A DNA stretch of 64,000 nucleotides from Verrucomicrobiota bacterium (GTDB taxonomy: Bacteria; Verrucomicrobiota; Verrucomicrobiia; Opitutales; Opitutaceae), in the NCBI GenBank assembly GCA_016871755.1, contig VHCJ01000003.1, positions 94,053-158,052 of the forward strand, read 5' to 3'. Below, in pieces: positions 56,837 through 64,000 of this stretch (position 1 is the first letter of the stretch; every line of letters starts with the position of its first letter). The notes below the pieces were generated by a model, which was not told the DNA's origin, did no database searches, and worked only from the letters and a program-made list of their open reading frames with translations. The position numbers were made by a program, and so were the translations under genes.

Positions 56837-58678
56837 TTAAGGCAGTTCGTAGACCTCGACGAGACCGATGCCGCTCGGACCCGTCGCCGAAGCGACGACC
56901 GTGTAGTTCCCGGGCCCGAGGTTTAGCAGCAGGGCGGCATCGCGACTGCCGAGCGCGAGCGGGAATGCCCCGGCGCGCTGGGAAGCGTCGGCCAGGGAGG
57001 AGAGATCGCCCCAGTTGTCGTTGGCTGCGACGAGGGAGCCGGTGGAGGAGAACACCTGAATCGACGGATCGAAGGCGGCGCCAGTCACGCCGAATGCACC
57101 CAGCGCCGGGCCGACGCCCCGCACCAGCACCGTCTTCGGACGCGCTCCCGAGACCACGAAACCCACGATGTGCGCGTCGGCTCCCGCTCCCAGCCGGCCG
57201 CGGCTCGACACGTTGAGCAGGCGTCCCGGGAGAGAGACCCGATACACGAGGACCATGCTGTCGTTGTCGACGCCGGCGTTGTACGACGCGCCGTCATGGA
57301 AGCCGTCGGTGGTCTGGAAATCATTATCGTTGCCGATGAACAGGAAGTAGTCGTCGGGCGCGAACGGATCGAGCGCAGGCATGAGGGCGAGGGCCTCCCA
57401 CTTCTCCGAAAGGTTGTTGGCATCATCGGTCGGACCATTCTTCAGCCCGAAGCGGGCGAGATCCGAGGAGACGTTGAGGTTCACGAACTCCGAGCGGGCG
57501 GCCGGTCGGATTCCGGCGTCGAGAACGCCGTTGGGCGCGACCGGGCGACCGGCGGTTTCGAACTCCGTTCCCACCAGATTCGTCGCCGCGGCCACGTCGT
57601 AGACGAGGACGTTGCGGTAGCGTGACGTGGGGTTCAGGCCGCGGCCGTTGCCGCTGTCGCGAGCGAGGACGAGGAATTGGGTGTTGTTAAGAGCGAGCAT
57701 TTCGCTTTGCGCGGCGACGAGCGTGGAGGTTCCCGAGGTGAAGGTCGGGAGTTGAACCACGTAGTGGCCGCGGAGCACCGGCGACGGGCCGGAGATGTCG
57801 TAGGCGAGCAGGCGGGTGTTGAAGCGGGTGGCGCTGGTGCCTCCGGTGCCGCCGTCCTGTCGCGCGGCTGACTGGAGGAGCGCGAACAGCGTGCGGCCGT
57901 CCGGACTCACGCTGAGCCCCTCCAGCCCCTGGTTGTTTTGACGTCCGGTGACCGGATTCGCTGGTGACGGCGCCGGCTGGCCCGCCGGGCTGTTGTTGGA
58001 CGAAAACGAGTCGGCCCCGTTGCGTTTGCCGACCAAGGCCTCGGGCGGCCGGATCGCGGAGAGCAGCTTGCCATCGGCGCCAAACCGCCAGATGTAGGGC
58101 CCGTATTCATCGCTGACCCAGAGTGAACCGTCGGCATTCACGACGATGCCCTCGGCGTCGAGGGAGATGCGATTGTTGAAGGCGGCCGGCAGGACGGGGA
58201 AGCCAGTCCGCGACGCGGAGGTGTTGCTGCCGGGGTCAAACGACGTGAGAGGCGTCCCGTCGGCCTCCGTGTACTTGATGGTGTCGATGAGCGTGAGGCC
58301 GACTTGGTCTTGGGACGCGGCGCCAGCGGGTGCGGGACGGAAGACGAGGTTCAGGCGGTAGACGCGCGGCGTGTAGTTGAGCGTGGCGTTCACGTTGTAG
58401 CCTCGATCGGGCTGCGCGAACAGGGTGCCGGTGTACCACCCGTCCGGCTGGCGCGTCCACGACCCCGGTTGGAAGGCGAAGGCCGAGAACGATCCGAACG
58501 TCTCGCCGAAGCGGTCGCGGGCGGAGGCTGGGATGCGTCCCACCCCGACCAAACCATGATTGACGAAGAGGGAGGATCCGACGCGGGCGGTGGAGACCGG
58601 TTGCGCGGAAAGCGGAAGGGTCGCTCCCACTGCCAGCAGCGAGAGAAGGGTCCGGAAGACGCGGAGTGAGGAGTGCAT
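56837..58678 (-). CDS. secreted 'esterase-like activity of phytase' family protein with a C-terminal beta-sandwich domain
   Basis: ORF 56837..58870 trimmed to the ATG at 58678 (MHSSLRVFRTLLSLLAVGATLPLSAQ, signal). LDAEGIVVNADGSLWVSDEYGPYIWRF and NNQGLEGLSVSPDGRTLFALLQ are typical phytase-like family blocks. Confidence 0.7.
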   Translation of the reverse strand: MHSSLRVFRTLLSLLAVGATLPLSAQPVSTARVGSSLFVNHGLVGVGRIPASARDRFGETFGSFSAFAFQPGSWTRQPDGWYTGTLFAQPDRGYNVNATLNYTPRVYRLNLVFRPAPAGAASQDQVGLTLIDTIKYTEADGTPLTSFDPGSNTSASRTGFPVLPAAFNNRISLDAEGIVVNADGSLWVSDEYGPYIWRFGADGKLLSAIRPPEALVGKRNGADSFSSNNSPAGQPAPSPANPVTGRQNNQGLEGLSVSPDGRTLFALLQSAARQDGGTGGTSATRFNTRLLAYDISGPSPVLRGHYVVQLPTFTSGTSTLVAAQSEMLALNNTQFLVLARDSGNGRGLNPTSRYRNVLVYDVAAATNLVGTEFETAGRPVAPNGVLDAGIRPAARSEFVNLNVSSDLARFGLKNGPTDDANNLSEKWEALALMPALDPFAPDDYFLFIGNDNDFQTTDGFHDGASYNAGVDNDSMVLVYRVSLPGRLLNVSSRGRLGAGADAHIVGFVVSGARPKTVLVRGVGPALGAFGVTGAAFDPSIQVFSSTGSLVAANDNWGDLSSLADASQRAGAFPLALGSRDAALLLNLGPGNYTVVASATGPSGIGLVEVYELP

Positions 58679-58794
58679 CAAATTAGTGTGTTCGCGCGCC
58701 GTGGCGACTCGGGGTCGATGGCGTGACGTTTCCGCGACCTTCCGGCGGAGCGGGTGTGCCGCCGACCCCGTTTCCTCTCGGTTATCGGTCAGCC

Positions 58795-58923
58795 GCGCCT
58801 CGCGCTGGCGGGATGCGGTGGAGGCGGGGGTGTCCGCTCCGGTGGTCCTCGCCGCGACGCACCCGCGCACCCTGGAGCGGGTGCCGCTGGTGCTGCTACG
58901 CGACCACGCCTGCGGGTAGGCGT
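58795..58923. repeat. 129-bp direct repeat, copy B (orphan 3' fragment of a DUF2237 gene)
   Basis: It encodes ...ASRWRDAVEAGVSAPVVLAATHPRTLERVPLVLLRDHACG*, compared with copy A ...ASRWRDAVEAGVSAPVVLAATHQRTLERVPLGLLRDHACG*. There is no DUF2237 N-terminal coding sequence upstream of copy B. Confidence 0.9.
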
Positions 58924-58936
58924 TCGGGCGGTCGTC

Positions 58937-59737
58937 TTACGCCAGTTCCCAGAACGGGGTGTTCCCGCCGGGGGAGACCACTGTGAACTCGCAGGCGAGT
59001 TGGGGGCGCAGGGTGGCGAGCATCCGCTCCACGGCGTCGAGGCTGTTGCAGTCCCGGGACAGGTGGGTGAGCACGATCCGGCGCCAGCGCGGGCTGGCGA
59101 TCGAGGCGAGCAATTCGCGGGCGGCCTCGTTGGAGAGGTGGCCGTGCCGCCCGCTGATGCGCTGCTTCGTCGACCATGGGCGCCGATGGTCGGCCTGGAG
59201 GAGGGTGGGGCAGTGGTTGGATTCCACGACCACGGCGTCGCAGTCGCGCAGGCGTTCGCGGACGTGCTGCGGCACGTGGCCGAGATCGGTCAGCCACGCG
59301 AGCGAGCGGCGCGGGGAGAGGAGGTCCCCGTCGAATCCCGTGCTGAAGCGGAACCCCACCGGGTCGTGCGCGTCGTGCGGCACGGAGAAGGCGTCGATCT
59401 CGAGGTCGCGGAAGCGGAACCGGGAGCCGGTCTCGAAGAGCTTCCACGCCAGAGGGTGTTCCACGCGCTCCTGCACCGCGCGGGCGGTGCTGGCGTTGGC
59501 GAAGAGGGCGACCTGGGGGGCGCGGGCGAAGCTGGCGATGCCGGCCGCGTGGTCACCGTGCTCGTGCGTGAGAAACACCGCGTCGATCTCCTCCGGGCGG
59601 AGATTCTCCTCGGCCAGCAACTCCTTGGTCCGGCGCGGGGAGAAGCCGACGTCGATCAGGACGCGCGCCTGCTCGGTCTGCAGCAGGGCACAGTTGCCCG
59701 AACTGCCGCTGCCGAGGATCCGGATGCGCATCGCCAT
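58937..59737 (-). CDS. MBL-fold metallo-hydrolase (YycJ/PhnP-like)
   Basis: 266-aa ORF. RILGSGSSGNCALLQT ... VFLTHEHGDHAAG (the HxHxDH motif) and a C-terminal HLS block are present. Confidence 0.85.
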   Translation of the reverse strand: MAMRIRILGSGSSGNCALLQTEQARVLIDVGFSPRRTKELLAEENLRPEEIDAVFLTHEHGDHAAGIASFARAPQVALFANASTARAVQERVEHPLAWKLFETGSRFRFRDLEIDAFSVPHDAHDPVGFRFSTGFDGDLLSPRRSLAWLTDLGHVPQHVRERLRDCDAVVVESNHCPTLLQADHRRPWSTKQRISGRHGHLSNEAARELLASIASPRWRRIVLTHLSRDCNSLDAVERMLATLRPQLACEFTVVSPGGNTPFWELA

Positions 59738-59834
59738 GCGCGGATGTTCGGGTTCACGTCACCGCGCCCGCAAGCCGGAACCGGCGGCCCGCTGGGGTTG
59801 ACCCCGGCCGGATTCCGGGCATCGTGCTCCCTCC

Positions 59835-60311
59835 ATGCCGCGAAAGCCGTCACGTTCCGCCACCCCGCCGTCCTCCGCGCCCGTTGCGCGGGACACGGTG
59901 TTCGTGACGCGTCAGGTGCACTTCAACGCGGCCCACCGGCTGAACAATCCCGCCCGGAGCCGCCGCTGGAACGAGCTCGCCTTTGGTCCCTGCAACAACA
60001 TCGACGGCCACGGCCACAACTACGTGCTCGAGGTCACGGTCTCCGGCGCGCCGGATCCCGAGACGGGCTACGTCATCGACCTCGGTCGCCTGAAGCGGAT
60101 CGTGGAGAAGGTGATCGTCCGCGCCTGCGACCACCGCAACCTCAACACGCAGGTGCCGTTCCTGCGCGGGATCATCCCTTCGACCGAAAACCTCGTCATT
60201 GCCTTCTGGCGCGAGTTGGAGCCCCGGATCCGTCCGGGTCGCCTGCACGCAATCCGGCTTTACGAGACCCCCCGCAACTACGCCGAGTACCGCGGACCCG
60301 ATCCGCGCTGA
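59835..60311 (+). CDS. 6-pyruvoyl-tetrahydropterin synthase (Cx5HGH type, PTPS-II/III-like)
   Basis: 158-aa ORF. VHFNAAHRL ... FGPCNNIDGHGHNYVLEVTV closely follows the mammalian-type motif CNNPNGHGHNY, and the C-terminus has YETPRNYAEY. Confidence 0.85.
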   Translation: MPRKPSRSATPPSSAPVARDTVFVTRQVHFNAAHRLNNPARSRRWNELAFGPCNNIDGHGHNYVLEVTVSGAPDPETGYVIDLGRLKRIVEKVIVRACDHRNLNTQVPFLRGIIPSTENLVIAFWRELEPRIRPGRLHAIRLYETPRNYAEYRGPDPR

Positions 60312-60392
60312 TTCTCCCGGGCGCACGCCCAGGCGGTCACGGTTGTTATCGTCCCCAACCGTGCCGCGGCCAGCCCAACCGACAAAAACGAC

Positions 60393-61385
60393 ATGAAGAC
60401 CAAGTCCTCACCGAAAGCGAAACGGATGTACCTGCATCACGGCCCCGGCGGCACGTCGCCCGTGATCGCGCGCCGCTATGACGCCGGATTCCGCGTCACG
60501 CCCGACTACCAGCGCGAGCTGCCCGACATGATGGAGGCGCAGGGAGCGATCCAAGGCGCGGCCGTGCCGATCCAGCAGGTGGGCGTCTCCAACTTCCATT
60601 TGCCGCTCCGCTACCGCACGAAGGCGGGGGAGACCCTGACGCTCGAGACGGCGATCACGGGCACGGTGTCGCTCGAGGCGACGCTGAAGGGCATCAACAT
60701 GAGCCGCATTGTCCGGGCGTTCTACGAGCACCGCGACGAGGTGTTCTCACCCGAGAAGCTGCGCCAGGTGCTGCGCAAGTTCCAGCATCAGGTGGAGTCG
60801 CTCGCGGCGCGCCTGCGCCTCGCGTTCTCGTACCCGATGGTGCAGCCGTCGCTGCGCAGCGGCCTCGAGGGCTACCAGTACTACCACGTGGTCTTCGAGG
60901 GCACGATCGATGGTGCCGGCCACTTCCGCCGCTTCATCGAATTCGACTTCGTCTACTCCAGTTCCTGCCCGTGCAGCGCCGAGCTCTCGGAGCATGCGCG
61001 CGACGTGCGCGGCGCCTACGCCATTCCCCACAACCAACGTTCCAAGGCCCGCCTCAAGGTGGAGGTCGCCGAGGGGGCGAAGCTGCGCGTGGAGGACCTG
61101 CAGGCGCACTGCTTGAACGCGCTGAAGACGGAGACGCAGGTGATGGTGAAGCGCGAGGACGAACAGGCCTTCGCCGAGCTCAACGGGGCGCACATCAAGT
61201 TCGTCGAGGACGCAGCCCGCCTGCTCTTCGCCGAGTTGGACGGCGATCGCCGGATCGCGGACTTCCAGGTTGCATGCTCGCACCTTGAGTCGCTGCATTC
61301 GCACGACGCGGTGAGCGTGATCTGCAAGGGCGTGCCCGGAGGCTTCCGGGCGGACTTCACCGACTTCGGTTCGCTGGTCTGCTGA
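60393..61385 (+). CDS. folE2: GTP cyclohydrolase FolE2 (GCYH-IB / MptA family)
   Basis: 330-aa ORF. It has [39 protein letters not shown] and [15 protein letters not shown], which are the DUF198/FolE2 blocks. Confidence 0.8.
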   Translation: MKTKSSPKAKRMYLHHGPGGTSPVIARRYDAGFRVTPDYQRELPDMMEAQGAIQGAAVPIQQVGVSNFHLPLRYRTKAGETLTLETAITGTVSLEATLKGINMSRIVRAFYEHRDEVFSPEKLRQVLRKFQHQVESLAARLRLAFSYPMVQPSLRSGLEGYQYYHVVFEGTIDGAGHFRRFIEFDFVYSSSCPCSAELSEHARDVRGAYAIPHNQRSKARLKVEVAEGAKLRVEDLQAHCLNALKTETQVMVKREDEQAFAELNGAHIKFVEDAARLLFAELDGDRRIADFQVACSHLESLHSHDAVSVICKGVPGGFRADFTDFGSLVC

Positions 61386-61419
61386 GCGGCCGGCCGTGCG
61401 TCTCCGTTCCTCTCTCCGC

Positions 61420-62265
61420 ATGCCGAAGCGCCCGTCCCGCCCTCCCCTGTCCGTCGTCGAAATCGATTCGTGGGCGCCGACCCCGAAGCACCGCAAGGTG
61501 CGCCGGTCGCGGCCCGCGAAGGCGGCGCCAAGCCGGGCCGTCGGCAACGCGGCCTCACCGGGCCCGGTCGTGCTGGTCACGGGAGCCTCCCAGGGAATCG
61601 GGGCGGCGATCGCGCGCACCTTCGCGCAGGCGATCCCCGGCGTCCGTCTGGCGCTCGTCGCACGTCAGGGCGCGAAGCTGGTCGCGGTCGCCCGGGAGTG
61701 CACCGCGCTCGGGGCCGAGGCCCGGGCCTTCGTCGGCGACGTGAGCATCGAGGCCGATGTCGCGCGGGTGGCGGCGGAGGTGCACGCGCTCTGGCGTCGC
61801 GTGGACGTGCTGGTGAACAACGCCGGCAGCTTCCGGCCCGGCCGACTGCTCGAGACCTCGGTGGAGGCGTTCGATGCGCTGGTCGCGGCGAATCTCCGCA
61901 GCGTCTTCCTGCTCACGCGAGCGTTTGCGCCCGCGATGGTGCAGCACGGCGCCGGCGACATCTTCAACATGAGCTCGATCGCCGGACTCGGGCCGTATCC
62001 GACGAGCGCTGGGTACTGCGCGGCGAAATTCGGTGTCACAGGCCTGTCCAAGGTCATGCGCGCGGAGTTCCGCGACCACGGCGTGCGCGTGTGCACCGTC
62101 TATCCGGGCGCCACGCTCTCGCCCGCGTGGGAGGGCAGCGGCGTCCCGGACGAGCGGCTGATGCCGGCTGAGGACGTGGCGCGGGCCTTCCTGGACGTCT
62201 ACCGCCTGACGCGGCGGACGGTGGTCGAGGAAATCGTGCTGCGACCCCAGGCGGGCGACCTCTGA
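61420..62265 (+). CDS. classical SDR oxidoreductase (candidate pterin/sepiapterin-type reductase by context)
   Basis: ORF 61396..62265. Possible starts are GTG 61396, ATG 61420 or GTG 61570, just before the Rossmann motif VLVTGASQGIG. It has NNAG, S...YCAAK. The basic region of about 50 aa before the Rossmann fold may not be translated. Confidence 0.7.
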   Translation: MPKRPSRPPLSVVEIDSWAPTPKHRKVRRSRPAKAAPSRAVGNAASPGPVVLVTGASQGIGAAIARTFAQAIPGVRLALVARQGAKLVAVARECTALGAEARAFVGDVSIEADVARVAAEVHALWRRVDVLVNNAGSFRPGRLLETSVEAFDALVAANLRSVFLLTRAFAPAMVQHGAGDIFNMSSIAGLGPYPTSAGYCAAKFGVTGLSKVMRAEFRDHGVRVCTVYPGATLSPAWEGSGVPDERLMPAEDVARAFLDVYRLTRRTVVEEIVLRPQAGDL

Positions 62266-62388
62266 CGCGGCCGCGCTCGGGCCTCGCGGGGGGCCGGGAG
62301 CGGCGCATCACGGGCCGGTGGACCGGCAGCGTCGGCCTGCGCCAGCCGGAGGGATTGCCAGCGCACGGGCTGGCGTCAGAGTCGCCGC

Positions 62389-63702
62389 ATGGGCGCCGTC
62401 CTCGGACTCGATATTGGATCCTCCTCCGTGATCGCCGGGCTCCTCGACGGACGCCGGGTCCTCGCGGAGTCGCCTCGGGCCTTCTTCCGCACCCGGCACG
62501 AAGGCGCGCGGGCGGAGGTTGATCCCGAGGTTCTGCTGGCCGCGGTGGCGAAGGCGATCCGCGGCCTCGGCGATCGGGCGCGGCGGGTGGACGCGATCGC
62601 GCTGGCAACGATGTGCCCGGCGTGGGTCGCGCTCGACCGAACGGGCGCGGCGCTGACGCCGATCGTGACGCACCAGGACCGGCGGAGCGTGGCGGAGGCG
62701 CGGGTGTTGGAGGAGAGGATGGGTGCTGATCGCCACCTTGCGCTCTGCGGCTGCCGTCCCATCCCGGGCGGAATCAGCTCCACGACGTGGGCGTGGTTCC
62801 GGCAGCACCAGCCCGGGGCCCTGCGGCGGGCGGATCTCGTCGGGCATCTCAACACCTTCCTGCACCGGCGCCTGACCGGGGCGCGGGTGACGGATCCCTC
62901 GAACGCCTCGTTCACCGGACTCTACCGGACCCTCACCCTCGACGGTTGGAGCGACGAACTCTGCGCCAATCTCGGTGTCTCCACCCAGCAACTACCCGAC
63001 GTGGTGGAGGCGGACGTGATTGGCGGGGTGCTTACGCGGGAGGCTGCGCGGCGGCTTGGTCTGCCGGCCGGTTTGCCGATGCTGACTGGCCTGATGGACG
63101 GCAGCGCCGGCATGCTCCTCGCGGGCGCGAAGGTTGGCCAGCTCTTCAACGTGGTCGGCTCGACGGACGTCCTCGCCCTGTGCACGGACCGCCCCCGGCC
63201 CCATCCCCTCCTTCTGACCCGGGCGCTGGGCGTGGGTCGAGCGTGGCTGCAGGTCAGCACCCTCGCCGCGATGGCCTCGTCGATTTACTGGGCGCGGGAG
63301 CAATTCTTTCCCGAGATGCCGCTGGAGGACTTTCAGCGCGAACTGCGGGTGCTGAGCCGCCGCGGTCCCCGGCCCGGGAGCACGGTCCGGTTTGAACCCT
63401 ACATGGCCGGCGAGCGGACCCGCATCGAGCAGCGGCAGGGCGCGTTCACGGGCTTGACGCTGGCAACCACGCGGACGGACCTGCTGTCAGCGATCATCGA
63501 AGGCCTGACCCAGGCGAGTGCGGAGCGACTGCCCCTGCTGCAGGCCACCGGGACCCCGTTGCTGCGTTCGGTGGCGGTGTCGGGCGGCGCGGACCGCCTG
63601 GACCGCCTCATGCACCGCGACTGGCCCGGGCGCTGGCGTTATCGGCCGGTCACGGATGCCACGATGCGTGGACTCGGGTTGCTCGTCCCGCGGCCGCGCT
63701 GA
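62389..63702 (+). CDS. FGGY-family carbohydrate kinase (xylulokinase-like)
   Basis: 437-aa ORF. The N-terminus is AVLGLDIGSSSVIAGLLDG, followed by FGGY_N/FGGY_C-like blocks (GSTDVLALC, ...VSGGADRL). Confidence 0.75.
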   Translation: MGAVLGLDIGSSSVIAGLLDGRRVLAESPRAFFRTRHEGARAEVDPEVLLAAVAKAIRGLGDRARRVDAIALATMCPAWVALDRTGAALTPIVTHQDRRSVAEARVLEERMGADRHLALCGCRPIPGGISSTTWAWFRQHQPGALRRADLVGHLNTFLHRRLTGARVTDPSNASFTGLYRTLTLDGWSDELCANLGVSTQQLPDVVEADVIGGVLTREAARRLGLPAGLPMLTGLMDGSAGMLLAGAKVGQLFNVVGSTDVLALCTDRPRPHPLLLTRALGVGRAWLQVSTLAAMASSIYWAREQFFPEMPLEDFQRELRVLSRRGPRPGSTVRFEPYMAGERTRIEQRQGAFTGLTLATTRTDLLSAIIEGLTQASAERLPLLQATGTPLLRSVAVSGGADRLDRLMHRDWPGRWRYRPVTDATMRGLGLLVPRPR

Positions 63703-63776
63703 AGACCCGGCGTCGAGCGTCCGATGGTCCAACCCGCGCGCGCCGTAGCATCCGCGCGACGAGGGCTGGGGTTCCG

Positions 63777-63836
63777 CCCGACCCAACCCGACCCGGACTC
63801 GGAACCAGATCCTGAAACTGAAGCGGAACCGGAACC
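63777..63836. repeat. degenerate hexanucleotide-periodic tract (about 10 units, consensus SGAACC on the plus strand)
   Basis: CCCGAC CCAACC CGACCC GGACTC GGAACC AGATCC TGAAAC TGAAGC GGAACC GGAACC. It lies in the non-coding stretch after the FGGY kinase stop. Confidence 0.5.
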
Positions 63837-64000
63837 ACGCCCGCGCCGGTGCGGCGGGAGAGAGCGACGGGTCCGCGCGCGGCCGCGCCAACGCACGTTG
63901 ACTGGGGGTCGTCCCATGTCACTTAAACATCTAAATTCAAGCAACTAGCAGCGATTTGATAGAATATGATCGGATCCTCTCAAATTCTCCCATTTAGTCT

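Noticed and set aside
56690-58923. Diversity-generating retroelement (TR/VR pair) as an explanation for the 129-bp repeat
   Set aside because: The five mismatches (a/c, g/t, a/g, t/c, c/a) are not adenine-specific, there is no reverse transcriptase nearby, and one copy is not inside an intact variable-protein gene.

Overview
This is a very GC-rich bacterial chromosome segment (by eye about two-thirds G+C), densely coding on both strands. The gene content points to a Verrucomicrobiota/Planctomycetota-like (PVC) organism, which is an inference. That content includes a giant 'membrane-bound dehydrogenase + HEAT + CxxCH' protein, a secreted sulfatase, Tat-signal TIM-barrel proteins and a WD40 protein. 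I can support about 55 protein-coding genes and one tmRNA (ssrA). I found no rRNA, tRNA, CRISPR array, transposase or integrase. Most genes are housekeeping: hemN, upp, glgA, hpf, purK, rpsR, parE/parC-type topoisomerase, sucA-sucB-lpdA, rpiB, tspO, SUI1/yciH and folE2. Points worth a second look: (1) a five-gene signal-peptide/lipoprotein operon built around the uncharacterised COG3014/YcfL/LpoB-like triad (8230-13048); (2) a 129-bp direct repeat of the 3' end of a DUF2237 gene that brackets a phytase-like gene, a Campbell-type insertion signature (56690-58923); (3) a lower-GC islet at the 3' end of the tmRNA gene holding an orphan vsr and a possibly truncated ORF; (4) a small-ORF/SUI1/COG0523/DUF1680 operon within a zinc-themed neighbourhood; (5) a PTPS/FolE2/SDR pterin cluster, plus a second QueD-type gene; (6) two conserved genes broken by frameshifts (tex and an SDR). 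I did not find a convincing defence or mobile system. The best candidates for something undescribed are the lipoprotein operon and a few orphan proteins. All family calls come from motif recognition by eye, with no database searches. Many long antisense ORFs in the track are GC-driven shadows and were ignored.
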